Shown here piece by piece: positions 8,438 through 16,912 of a stretch of 37,348 nt of DNA; the first letter of the stretch is position 1; each line of letters starts with the position of its first letter. Source of the stretch: a virus. Taxonomy: Duplodnaviria; Caudoviricetes. The notes under the pieces were generated by a model, which did not search any database, was not told the DNA's origin, and worked only from the letters and a program-made list of their open reading frames with translations. The stretch lies in IMG/VR virus record IMGVR_UViG_3300025018_000065, positions 1-37,348 of that record. One strand, 5' to 3'. The translations under genes and the position numbers were made by a program.

Positions 8438-8782
8438 ATGTCCAAGACCACCACTCCCGTTGTAGCAGCAACACCAGTAGCCACTTCACACAAGCTGGCA
8501 CCCACCATCACCAGCAAGGCGAAAGCCAAGTCCGTCGCAGCAGCAGACGGTCGCAAGCGCCCAATCGTGGCCATCAACGAAGACGGTAAGCTGGTCGTAT
8601 GCTGCCGTCGTACCGCCAAGAAGAACGGCTGGGATATCCAAGAAGTGCTGTACGAACGTGCCAAGACCGTGAAGGCTGAAGCACCCGTTGTGCCAGCACC
8701 AGAACCCAAGCATGAACGTCGTGCTGCTGCGCCTCGTGCCAAGAAGGTTGATGCTGCTGTTGATGAAATCCTGGGCAGCTAA
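8438..8782 (+). CDS. Basic hypothetical protein, paralog of 32583..32771
   Basis: GAAAGGA RBS; DGKLVVCCRRTAKKNGW motif. Confidence 0.75.
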   Translation: MSKTTTPVVAATPVATSHKLAPTITSKAKAKSVAAADGRKRPIVAINEDGKLVVCCRRTAKKNGWDIQEVLYERAKTVKAEAPVVPAPEPKHERRAAAPRAKKVDAAVDEILGS

Positions 8783-8848
8783 CGAAAGGTCTTGCGAGCC
8801 TCCTCGGAGGTTCGTGACAACACTTATATCAACAACCCGGAGCACCCC

Positions 8849-9097
8849 ATGACAGATACTCGCCACCTAGATACCGCCATCTCAATTCTCAAGGGCACCG
8901 AAGGCTCCAAGCGTGCCAAGCGAGTAGCACAAGTGGAAATCATCGTGGGAGCCTACGGTAAGGCGTACACCATCCAGATGAACGGTAAGGTGCTGGAAGA
9001 AGGCGTAGGTACTGCCGAGTACGCCATGGAGCGTGCCAACGAGCGTGCAAGCCGTATCCGTGCGCTGGGCAAGACCGTTGTGGTTACAGCCTACTAG
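8849..9097 (+). CDS. Hypothetical protein
   Basis: GGAG RBS; preceded by GAAAGGTCTTG motif. Confidence 0.65.
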   Translation: MTDTRHLDTAISILKGTEGSKRAKRVAQVEIIVGAYGKAYTIQMNGKVLEEGVGTAEYAMERANERASRIRALGKTVVVTAY

Positions 9098-9100
9098 CCA

Positions 9101-9210
9101 GCGAAGGCCAAAAACATCGTAAGGTCGGTTTTTTAGCAGCTTACCTAGGCTACCCCCTAGGCAAAATCAAGGCCCCAAGAGGGGCCTTTGACTTGGATAC
9201 CATTGGTATC
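9101..9210. repeat. ~110-bp dispersed non-coding element (copy A)
   Basis: GCGAAGG.CAAAAAC.ATCGTA...GTTTTT...CTAGG...TAGG...hairpin...GATACC-N3-GGTATC; same architecture at 21906-22016. Confidence 0.65.
9169..9190. terminator. Hairpin between convergent operons (likely bidirectional terminator)
   Basis: AAGGCCCC-AAGA-GGGGCCTT with short A/T flanks. Confidence 0.55.
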
Positions 9211-9741
9211 TCAGGGGCTTGGGGTAGGGGTGCTCTGTGCCAGCAGCTCCGTCTTCCGGCCGGAGTCCCGTGTGGTGCCAAACCAGAAGGCCATGACAGC
9301 CCCCCAAGCTGTACCCAGCGACCCTAGCATCAGGAGCAGGGCTTGCGAGTTATCTACCTTCAGCCACCCCAGCATCATCCCGACGAGGATACCAAAGTAC
9401 CCCAAGGTAACGCCGATGGATAGCAGGGCAGGCACGGGGCTAGGCTTGCTCACCTGCATACCCCGTGCGTCCTTGCGGTCGCCTGCTGCGAGGGTTTCCA
9501 TGTCGGTGATCTGCTTGAAGCCCAGAGCCTGCATCTGTAGGGCGAAGGCTTGGTCAGCGTTCTTCAAGACCAGCATCTGCTCTGGTGTGGCACCCGAGAG
9601 CGCCTGCTTCACTGAGTCAACCGTCTTCGTTGATAGGCCCAGAGCGTTGGCAGCAGCTTCCACCGCCATGCCACCCAGCGGACCACCCAAGGCAGTACCA
9701 ATCCACGGTGCGACCGTGCTTACGAGTTTCGTCCAGTCCAT
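9211..9741 (-). CDS. Holin-like membrane protein (3TM type)
   Basis: VAPWIGTALGGPLGG N-terminus, C-terminal TM helices, FWFG; TGATG overlap with endolysin stop. Confidence 0.7.
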   Translation of the reverse strand: MDWTKLVSTVAPWIGTALGGPLGGMAVEAAANALGLSTKTVDSVKQALSGATPEQMLVLKNADQAFALQMQALGFKQITDMETLAAGDRKDARGMQVSKPSPVPALLSIGVTLGYFGILVGMMLGWLKVDNSQALLLMLGSLGTAWGAVMAFWFGTTRDSGRKTELLAQSTPTPSP

Positions 9742-10286
9742 CAGAGACCTCTTACACGGTTGAGTTGCCATCCGAATTCGAATGACTCCTGGGTTACGTT
9801 GGCTTCAGCCAGCTCGATATACCGCACCGACTGCTGAGCGTTGAGCATGCGCACCAGCACCGTCTCGCCTGCCTTGCCCCGTGCTGCCAAGAACGCCTTG
9901 AGCGCTGCGATGGTCATGTTGCCCACGCCACCATCAACGGCGATGTTGGGGTACGTCTTGTCGCCTTGGTTCAGCACGTTCAGCGCACGCTGGAGGAACT
10001 TGCCTGCCGTTGCTGTGCCCATGTTGACCCCGGTATCCAGCAGCTCTTCTGCCACCAGCTCGCTGGCCATATCGACGTCGTCGAAGCGTGGTTGGTGCCA
10101 GTAGCGCTGAGCGTAGATGTCCCGAGCTACCTGCTGTGTCATGGAAGCCATAGGCCCCGTGTATCCGAAGGCCCGAGCTACTGCAACGGTGATGCCGAAG
10201 TTGGTTTCTCCACCCTTATCGTTGGGGTCGTTGGTGTAACCCCCTTCCCGCTGAATCAGAGCAGTGATTGTGTCAGTGATATTCAT
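9741..10286 (-). CDS. Endolysin, glycoside hydrolase family 108 with PG-binding domain
   Basis: EGGYTNDPNDKGGETNFGIT, DTGVNMG, FEFGWQLNRV. Confidence 0.93.
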   Translation of the reverse strand: MNITDTITALIQREGGYTNDPNDKGGETNFGITVAVARAFGYTGPMASMTQQVARDIYAQRYWHQPRFDDVDMASELVAEELLDTGVNMGTATAGKFLQRALNVLNQGDKTYPNIAVDGGVGNMTIAALKAFLAARGKAGETVLVRMLNAQQSVRYIELAEANVTQESFEFGWQLNRVRGL

Positions 10287-10537
10287 TTATCAACCTTTCC
10301 ATCCAGTTTATCTTCGATTCTATCTAACTTGGCGAATATAGCGTTGGAGAGCTTATCGATATCATCTTTCTTGACGTATACGCCTGCTACCAGCACTTCT
10401 ATCTTCTGCATCTTATCAGCTAGTTCAGTGTCTGACTTCTGCAAGAATTTGATACTGTCCCGGAGTGAGTTAAGAACCCACCCACCTAGAAAAGCTACTA
10501 AGGAGAGAGCGATATTGAACGCGATTTGTATATCCAT
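10283..10537 (-). CDS. Small N-terminal TM / coiled-coil lysis-cassette protein (holin/antiholin-like)
   Basis: One TM helix, then a coiled coil; directly upstream of endolysin. Confidence 0.65.
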   Translation of the reverse strand: MDIQIAFNIALSLVAFLGGWVLNSLRDSIKFLQKSDTELADKMQKIEVLVAGVYVKKDDIDKLSNAIFAKLDRIEDKLDGKVDK

Positions 10538-10549
10538 TTAAACCTCTGG

Positions 10550-12826
10550 TTAGATAGCGATAACGAGCTTGAACTGGCCAGTACAGTTATTACCGTTCTG
10601 AGCAACTCCAAGATATTGGAAACATAGGAACGCTATACTCGAACCGTAGTCACAGTATATGTAGTCAAGAGGAGTTGACGCTCCTGTAATAGCTTTTGCA
10701 GAAGAGGACTGGGTGAACGTTGTGATGAACAGACCAACACCGTTCAGTGTGATCTTCACCCCTAATGGGTCAGTGGCTACACTGGTGATATACTTAGTGG
10801 CATTCGGGCCAGCAGTCCAGGTCAGCACGCCTGCTGCGAGCGTGATATTTACGATCAGTTGCAACCCGAGCATCGCGCCACTGACTTTTGCCTGCCCTAC
10901 TGGAACGGTTACATTGTTGTGTCCGAATAGTCGGTCAGTACTACCAACGATTCCGACCTGACTTCCTGCGTATGGAGCTACCGAGGTTAGTTCCACGTTA
11001 TTTCCAACAGTAGCGGTATTCGCACCACCACTAGCCGAGTTACTCAGCCCATAGGTGAATGCGCCTTTCACCTCGTTTCCAGTAATCGTACCTGAGACAG
11101 CGTCTGTTCCAGACCAGCCAGCGATTATACCGTAACCGCCTAGGTACGATATATTTTGAACTACGTTTCCGGTGCAAGCTACCCCACTCAACGTTCCCGA
11201 GAGCTGGAGGCCTACCCCGACAGGATTAACTCCTGGGAATGATGCTGTGCTTCCAGGCGGAACGCCTACCTCTGTAACTACGTTGCCCGTCACGGATACG
11301 TTACCAAAGAACGACCCACCACCGGAGGGGTTATGCTCAATGAATATGCCCGCACCTTGCGCAGTGACTGGGTACGTTATGTAACTAACGTAGTTATTGG
11401 ATACGACCAAGTTCGACATGAACCCAAGTGATCCAGTAACCAGCGTGATGCCATACCCACTATTCGATATGATATTGCCTGTCACTATCGCGGAGTTTAG
11501 TGAGTGAGCGTCGATGCCTTTACGCTTGTTTCCTACACAGTGGTTATCACACAAGTTGACATTGAACGGAGACGTACCGTTATTAGACCCGATGCCATAA
11601 CCAGGATCAATATCAGTATGCGTGAACGCTGCATTGGGATGCCCGTTGTTGTACAGGTAATTACCCTTGACGAACAGATCGTTCACAGCGTGGTATTCGA
11701 TACCTGCGTTGTAGTTATCATGAATGTAGTTATCGTAGATATACACTTTGCTCGGAGCAGTCCAGCCATAGCTCTCGGTCAACCCTGAGTTGATTTGAAC
11801 GCCATCACCATTAAAACCGTACATCTCGTTGTTACGAACAGTAATCCGAGTAGACCCGTTATCGATGAACACCGCGCTGCCAGTGTTTGCCACGTAGCCA
11901 CCACCAGTCCAGTACCCCCACGTGCCCGCAGTACCCCCACCGACTTGTGGGAATGCACCACCGTAGCCACCAGTAGTAAACGCATGTGTATCACGTGAGT
12001 TATTTCGTGCTGGGCCGTTCACCAGAGAGCCGGGGTCGTAGTATCCTTGTGTGACAGTACCCTTCTCTCCTCGACCCGTTGTCCCGTCGAGAGCTGGGAA
12101 GGCACCAGGACCAGCGAATTTGAACCCGTACACGGTGATATCACTAGATGCCAGGATATCCAGGATACCTTGAGCGTGAGCATTGACTTTTAGTGTAGCT
12201 CCATGACCTGCGAAGGTTAGACCAGCACGATTGTTCACGAGCAAGCAAGGCTGCTCTCCAGCGGTATTTCCACCTCGAACAGGATATACCACAGCAGACA
12301 GAGCAGTGTTTTTACTGAGCTTGTAAATAGCACCAGGAGTACCCCATATCTCAGCACCGTTCGGTGCTGCATCGATCATCTTTTGCCACGACAGGGTATC
12401 GTCGGTAACACCATCACCCACAGCACCGTAGTTTTCTGGGAATACCATAGAACGACGGAACTGCGCTTGAACTGTAGAAGCTACTGCCCCAACACCAGAA
12501 GGGATATACCCAACTAGAGAGGACCCGGTAGACGCAGCTAAAGAGTTGTTGATATTATCGGTACTCACGATACCATCGACAGTCCATATAGTTACGTCTG
12601 AAGCATCCTTCAGAATGGCTTTATACGACCCAGACCAAAAGATGGTAGCTTCTCCCCGAGCGTCCAGCACAACTGGATTCGTATTCGGGGTTGCCCCTGC
12701 TGCGTCCTGGTAAGTTGGCCGAGGGTTGCTGGTGCCTGCGTCGTATGTGTACAGCTTGCCTCCGATCAACGGAGCGCCTGCGCTGGTGTTGAAACTTTGC
12801 TTGCCCTCGGGCATTAGTGTAGCCAT
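10550..12826 (-). CDS. Tailspike / depolymerase (right-handed beta-helix)
   Basis: N-terminal particle-binding domain (GGKLYTY..NPVVLDARGEA), YGAVGDGVTDDT, repeated I/V-x-G/N-N beta-helix rungs. Confidence 0.88.
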   Translation of the reverse strand: MATLMPEGKQSFNTSAGAPLIGGKLYTYDAGTSNPRPTYQDAAGATPNTNPVVLDARGEATIFWSGSYKAILKDASDVTIWTVDGIVSTDNINNSLAASTGSSLVGYIPSGVGAVASTVQAQFRRSMVFPENYGAVGDGVTDDTLSWQKMIDAAPNGAEIWGTPGAIYKLSKNTALSAVVYPVRGGNTAGEQPCLLVNNRAGLTFAGHGATLKVNAHAQGILDILASSDITVYGFKFAGPGAFPALDGTTGRGEKGTVTQGYYDPGSLVNGPARNNSRDTHAFTTGGYGGAFPQVGGGTAGTWGYWTGGGYVANTGSAVFIDNGSTRITVRNNEMYGFNGDGVQINSGLTESYGWTAPSKVYIYDNYIHDNYNAGIEYHAVNDLFVKGNYLYNNGHPNAAFTHTDIDPGYGIGSNNGTSPFNVNLCDNHCVGNKRKGIDAHSLNSAIVTGNIISNSGYGITLVTGSLGFMSNLVVSNNYVSYITYPVTAQGAGIFIEHNPSGGGSFFGNVSVTGNVVTEVGVPPGSTASFPGVNPVGVGLQLSGTLSGVACTGNVVQNISYLGGYGIIAGWSGTDAVSGTITGNEVKGAFTYGLSNSASGGANTATVGNNVELTSVAPYAGSQVGIVGSTDRLFGHNNVTVPVGQAKVSGAMLGLQLIVNITLAAGVLTWTAGPNATKYITSVATDPLGVKITLNGVGLFITTFTQSSSAKAITGASTPLDYIYCDYGSSIAFLCFQYLGVAQNGNNCTGQFKLVIAI

Positions 12827-12853
12827 GTGTGAGCTCCTGTTAAAAATATTCCG

Positions 12854-13015
12854 ATGAGTATACTACTAGCCATCTTCCTGAAACCATTTATTGCCGTTGT
12901 AATTCTCGTCCCAATACGGGTTGCAGTCGAGATATTGCGCAGCCGGATGAGGGATGGCAAACTCAAACGACTGCTGTTCTTACCGTTGTCCCGCAATGGC
13001 CGCAGCCGGGATTGA
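12854..13015 (+). CDS. 53-aa antisense small membrane protein (not in ORF track)
   Basis: MSILLAIFLKPFIAVVILVPIRVAVEILRSRMRDGKLKRLLFLPLSRNGRSRD; hydrophobic N-terminus, basic tail; AT-rich gap between tailspike and ejection gene. Confidence 0.55.
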   Translation: MSILLAIFLKPFIAVVILVPIRVAVEILRSRMRDGKLKRLLFLPLSRNGRSRD

Positions 13016-14788
13016 CGTCTTCATAGCCTGTTCCAAATACGGGATAGCGTCACGCACCGACTGAGGTAAGCTCTGCGGAGCAGTACGGGCAGCTTGCAGC
13101 GCTGCACGAGCCTTGGTAGGATCGAGCAACAGATCAGCCAGTACCTTCTGAATCTTAGGTTCGGCCACACCGTTGTAGGCGAACTGCACTGGACGCATAG
13201 CGGTATTCAGCAGCGTAGATTCAGCCCATGACTGAGGCAACCCTGTAGGTCCGAGGATTTGACGCAACACGTTCTGGGATGCCAGACGCTGTGCCGTTGC
13301 ACTGCCTGGACCGTTGGCTGCACGAGCCACCGCTGCCCCCTTGTCCAGCTCCTGCCCCACTGCCATCACCTTGGAGAACTGGTCAGGGTCTAGCACCTCA
13401 GAGAGCTTGCCTAGGTCGCGACCTGTAGCACCCTTCACCGTTGCTTCTTCATTCTTCAGCAGGTTGACGAACTTGTCAGGCATCAGGCGTGGTGTACCGC
13501 CAAGATCACTTGTGGCGCTGGTGCCCTTGCGGAACAGTGCGTCAGCCACATCCATCTGGTTCAGGGGCTTGCTCATTGCCGCGTACGTGCCACGAGCTTC
13601 GGCGTAGTCAGGAGCCATGCGCTCGATGAAGGTAACGAGGCGGTCGCGTGCCGTCTTGATGGACATGGCCTTGTTGACCGCAACGGCAGAACCGCCCTTG
13701 CTCGCAGCCTCGATAGCATCGTCCATAGCCAGCTTCATCAGGTGCAAGCCTTCCACACTGCCATCAGGCTTGTTGAGGTTCAGCCCTTGGTTCTTGGCGA
13801 TGGTCTGGGCTTCTTTCAGCGCATCACGGATAGCAGGAGTTTGCATCAACTTCGTGACCTCGCCCCGTTCAGCCGCTGACATGGTTTTCATATCCATCTT
13901 GGTAGCGAACGCCTTGCCATACTGTTCCTTCGCAGTGCCGTTGCGCATGGCAGCAGCGAAGTCACGGGCACCATCAACACCGGACAGTTCACGCAGAGTG
14001 CCCACTCGGGCAGCGTTGTTCTCAACTTCACGAGCAACGAACTTATTGGCGATCTCTGGGTCAAGGCTACGTACTGAGTCCTGCAGGCGAGCAGCACCAG
14101 CAGCCCCCTCCGGCCGGACAATCCGTTCTGCCATCGTTGGGACAGCCCCTGTGACCGTAGGTGCGTTGCTGACGCCTGCAAGGTCACCCGCTTGAATACC
14201 AAATCGGTCCAGGGTGCGTCCGGCAATGGCCTGTCTACCCTTGTCTGTAAAGGGCTCTACCAGCGCCTTGGCACCCTTGGCACCAGCAGCCAGCACCCGA
14301 CCTGCCACCACACCACCAGCACCAGCAGTCGCACCGACAGCAACGTTCTTCAGCCGGGACTCGTCGCTGGCAACAGGCTGGATAAGCCCCATACCAGCAC
14401 CCGTCAGGGCAGCACCAGCAAGACCCTGAGCACCGGGTATGAACACCGTAGGTAGAGCAGCCGCTACGTTGCCTGTGACGTTACCCACGGTGCCAGCAGT
14501 GGTCCGCATCAACGGAGCGTCCAGACGCTTGGCTTCGTCCACTTCCTCCTGGGATACGAGACCCACCATCTGGCCCACACCACGACCCAGATCAGCGAAC
14601 GCCTTGCCCGTGCCTGCGAGGAACTTGTCCGTGGGGCTCATGCCTTCTGTCGGGTCGTAGGCCTCAGCAGGAGCAGCCTGAGCAGGCATGGTCTTCAGGT
14701 AGGCCCCGAGCTTGCGCACAGAGGCCGAATCACCTGCCTTGTCAGCAGCGCGGATAGCCTGGATGATTTCGTCTTGTGTAGCCATCAT
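12980..14788 (-). CDS. DNA ejection (pilot) protein, P22 gp16 position
   Basis: Ala/Gly-rich helical protein with hydrophobic segments; third of three ejection genes. Confidence 0.72.
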   Translation of the reverse strand: MMATQDEIIQAIRAADKAGDSASVRKLGAYLKTMPAQAAPAEAYDPTEGMSPTDKFLAGTGKAFADLGRGVGQMVGLVSQEEVDEAKRLDAPLMRTTAGTVGNVTGNVAAALPTVFIPGAQGLAGAALTGAGMGLIQPVASDESRLKNVAVGATAGAGGVVAGRVLAAGAKGAKALVEPFTDKGRQAIAGRTLDRFGIQAGDLAGVSNAPTVTGAVPTMAERIVRPEGAAGAARLQDSVRSLDPEIANKFVAREVENNAARVGTLRELSGVDGARDFAAAMRNGTAKEQYGKAFATKMDMKTMSAAERGEVTKLMQTPAIRDALKEAQTIAKNQGLNLNKPDGSVEGLHLMKLAMDDAIEAASKGGSAVAVNKAMSIKTARDRLVTFIERMAPDYAEARGTYAAMSKPLNQMDVADALFRKGTSATSDLGGTPRLMPDKFVNLLKNEEATVKGATGRDLGKLSEVLDPDQFSKVMAVGQELDKGAAVARAANGPGSATAQRLASQNVLRQILGPTGLPQSWAESTLLNTAMRPVQFAYNGVAEPKIQKVLADLLLDPTKARAALQAARTAPQSLPQSVRDAIPYLEQAMKTSIPAAAIAGQR

Positions 14789-16170
14789 TTGCCTCCATGC
14801 TTCTTGAGAATGGCTGCGATGTCGTCTGGCAGACCAGAGGCATCACCTGCACCGGGTTCGAGAGAGTTGCGCTGCTTGGCAGGCACTTCAGCCAGGATGC
14901 CCTTCGTAGCGAGCTGCCTGTTCTGGCTCTTCTGCTGAATGACCGCCTGTGAATCACCCACGGCTGGGAAGTACTGCTTCCGAGCATTCTCAAACTCAGA
15001 TTCGGCAATGGCAGCACCAGACTCACGACGCAACACAGCGTTGATGAAGTCTCGTTGTGCCTGCTCCACCTTCTGTTGCTGAGGCGAAGACATGTTGTTG
15101 GCAGCAGCACCAGCAGCCCCACCCACCAGCGGGATGCGCTCGACGACGTTTTTCATAACCGAAGGACGCACCGTACCTTGGAGCGCCATGTCGCCCAGCA
15201 CCTTCTCAGCCGCTTGCATGCGGGAGCCGAACAGCAGCGCCTTGGACTGCACATCGTTCAGGCCTACGTTCTTGCCTTGCACCTGAGCACCGTTCATGGT
15301 AGCAGCAGGACGAGCCAAGCCTGTACCCTTGTCGATGAGCATGAACCCATCAGGGCCTTCCACCACTTGCGTGCGTGCCGACGTCTGGGCGATACCGTTC
15401 GCGTCCACTGCCCGTGCGTTGACAAGGTTCTGCCCACGAACCTGTGTCGCGTTGCTCTGATCCTGGCCTGGAGTGGTCTGCATCTTGATGGGTGCAGGCC
15501 CTTGAGGGTTCGTGTACGGGTTCGTGTCAACGAACTGTGTGGTCTTGCCATCGTTGACCTCGGTGCGCTTGGGTGCCATCATCTCCATGCGCTTGCCTGC
15601 TTCCATAACCTCCATGCCTTTCTGCACGAGGTACTGACGCAGCCGCACGGGGTCACCGGGCAACTCACGGATAGCCTGTTGCCCCTGCTCAGGGGTTACG
15701 ATGCCTCGGTTCACCAGACCCACCATCGTCTGGATGACTTCATCATGTGTGGTGTTGGGGTTAGCCAGCAGCGAGCTGAGGGCAGCGCCAGAGGCTTCGA
15801 TCTTGCTCTTGGCAGTCTTCCACTCCAGCTCGCCTGTCTGAGCACCAACGTGCTTGACGTCTGCCGTGGCTTTATCAGCTTCAGCGAACTGCTTCTGCAT
15901 GGCTGGAATCTTAGCACCCAGACCACGTTCAGCAGCAGCAGTGAACATACCCTGACGGTTGATAGTACCGTCTGGTCCGACGTTACCCTTGTACAGATCA
16001 GCCAGCGTGCGCTCCTGGTCCTGGGTCTGCCGAGCTTGCTGGATTTGCATCTGCTGGAGCTCTTGCTGGCCTGCGAGCTGGCGCAACGTGGCGACCTTGC
16101 CCTGTACGTCGATGGGGTTGTCCAGTTGGAACTGGCGACCCGACATCGCGATTGATGAATTTACTGGCAT
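14785..16170 (-). CDS. DNA ejection protein, P22 gp20 position
   Basis: Gln-rich helical protein; LRRESGAAI..SE motif; synteny. Confidence 0.72.
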   Translation of the reverse strand: MPVNSSIAMSGRQFQLDNPIDVQGKVATLRQLAGQQELQQMQIQQARQTQDQERTLADLYKGNVGPDGTINRQGMFTAAAERGLGAKIPAMQKQFAEADKATADVKHVGAQTGELEWKTAKSKIEASGAALSSLLANPNTTHDEVIQTMVGLVNRGIVTPEQGQQAIRELPGDPVRLRQYLVQKGMEVMEAGKRMEMMAPKRTEVNDGKTTQFVDTNPYTNPQGPAPIKMQTTPGQDQSNATQVRGQNLVNARAVDANGIAQTSARTQVVEGPDGFMLIDKGTGLARPAATMNGAQVQGKNVGLNDVQSKALLFGSRMQAAEKVLGDMALQGTVRPSVMKNVVERIPLVGGAAGAAANNMSSPQQQKVEQAQRDFINAVLRRESGAAIAESEFENARKQYFPAVGDSQAVIQQKSQNRQLATKGILAEVPAKQRNSLEPGAGDASGLPDDIAAILKKHGGK

Positions 16171-16183
16171 GTTATGTTCCCTT

Positions 16184-16912
16184 TCAACCGTAGAACGATG
16201 TACCGTCTGTCAACTGTACGCTGTTGCTCTGAACAGGCCGAGCAGCGTATGGGTTCGTGCCTTGATTCATGTACTGGCTGTTCATAGCCCAATTACCCAA
16301 CGTGTTCGCTGCACCACTCATCGCGTTACCCTGCCCGACGTACCCACTGGCACGAGCGTTACCAGCACCGATCTGGTTTTCTGCGATGCTGGACGCCACT
16401 TGCGCACCTTGCGCACCAACTTGATTCGTAGCGGTCTGACCTGTACCAGCGATAGACGACAGACGGTTGAACCGTGCTGTGCGGTCTGCGTTGAATCGGT
16501 TGTAGGCGTTCTGGTATTCGCCAGAAGCGTAGTCCTGCCCGTAGCGTTGAGCACCCTTGATGGCAGCGCCACTGAGCGCGCCACCACGAGCAGCAGCACT
16601 GGCGTCAAGCCCTCGCTGGCCTTGCTGCATACGGAAGTCGTAGCCAGGATCTTTGGTGAAATCAGATAAGGTGAAATCACGGTTGAAATCACCGCCTGCT
16701 GATGTGCCTGCACTGAGTTGTCCCAAGGCAGAAACACCAGCGTCGCGCCACGGTTTCTGGTCCTCTCGATTTTGCTCGAACATCTTTAGCTGCGTAGCGT
16801 TAGCTTCTGCCGAAGATTGAACCTGTGCGTCAGCAGCGCTGCCAGCAGCCTTGCTACTCATCACCCCGCCGATGACTGCAGACCCTACGATAGCTGTTGC
16901 AATTCCACTCAT
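16184..16912 (-). CDS. DNA ejection protein, P22 gp7-like
   Basis: Hydrophobic N-terminus, DPGYDFR..QG, AAARGG.LSG, Ala/Gly/Gln-rich. Confidence 0.82.
   Translation of the reverse strand: MSGIATAIVGSAVIGGVMSSKAAGSAADAQVQSSAEANATQLKMFEQNREDQKPWRDAGVSALGQLSAGTSAGGDFNRDFTLSDFTKDPGYDFRMQQGQRGLDASAAARGGALSGAAIKGAQRYGQDYASGEYQNAYNRFNADRTARFNRLSSIAGTGQTATNQVGAQGAQVASSIAENQIGAGNARASGYVGQGNAMSGAANTLGNWAMNSQYMNQGTNPYAARPVQSNSVQLTDGTSFYG

Noticed and set aside
12814-12996. Minus-strand 60-aa ORF between ejection gene and tailspike
   Set aside because: Non-ATG start and no recognisable features; the plus-strand membrane ORF 12854..13015 is more protein-like, though this is not certain
15055-16155. Long antisense ORFs (also 1377..2390, 7398..8306, 25422..26405 and others)
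   Set aside because: Shadow frames of well-supported genes in GC-rich, codon-biased DNA; no motifs
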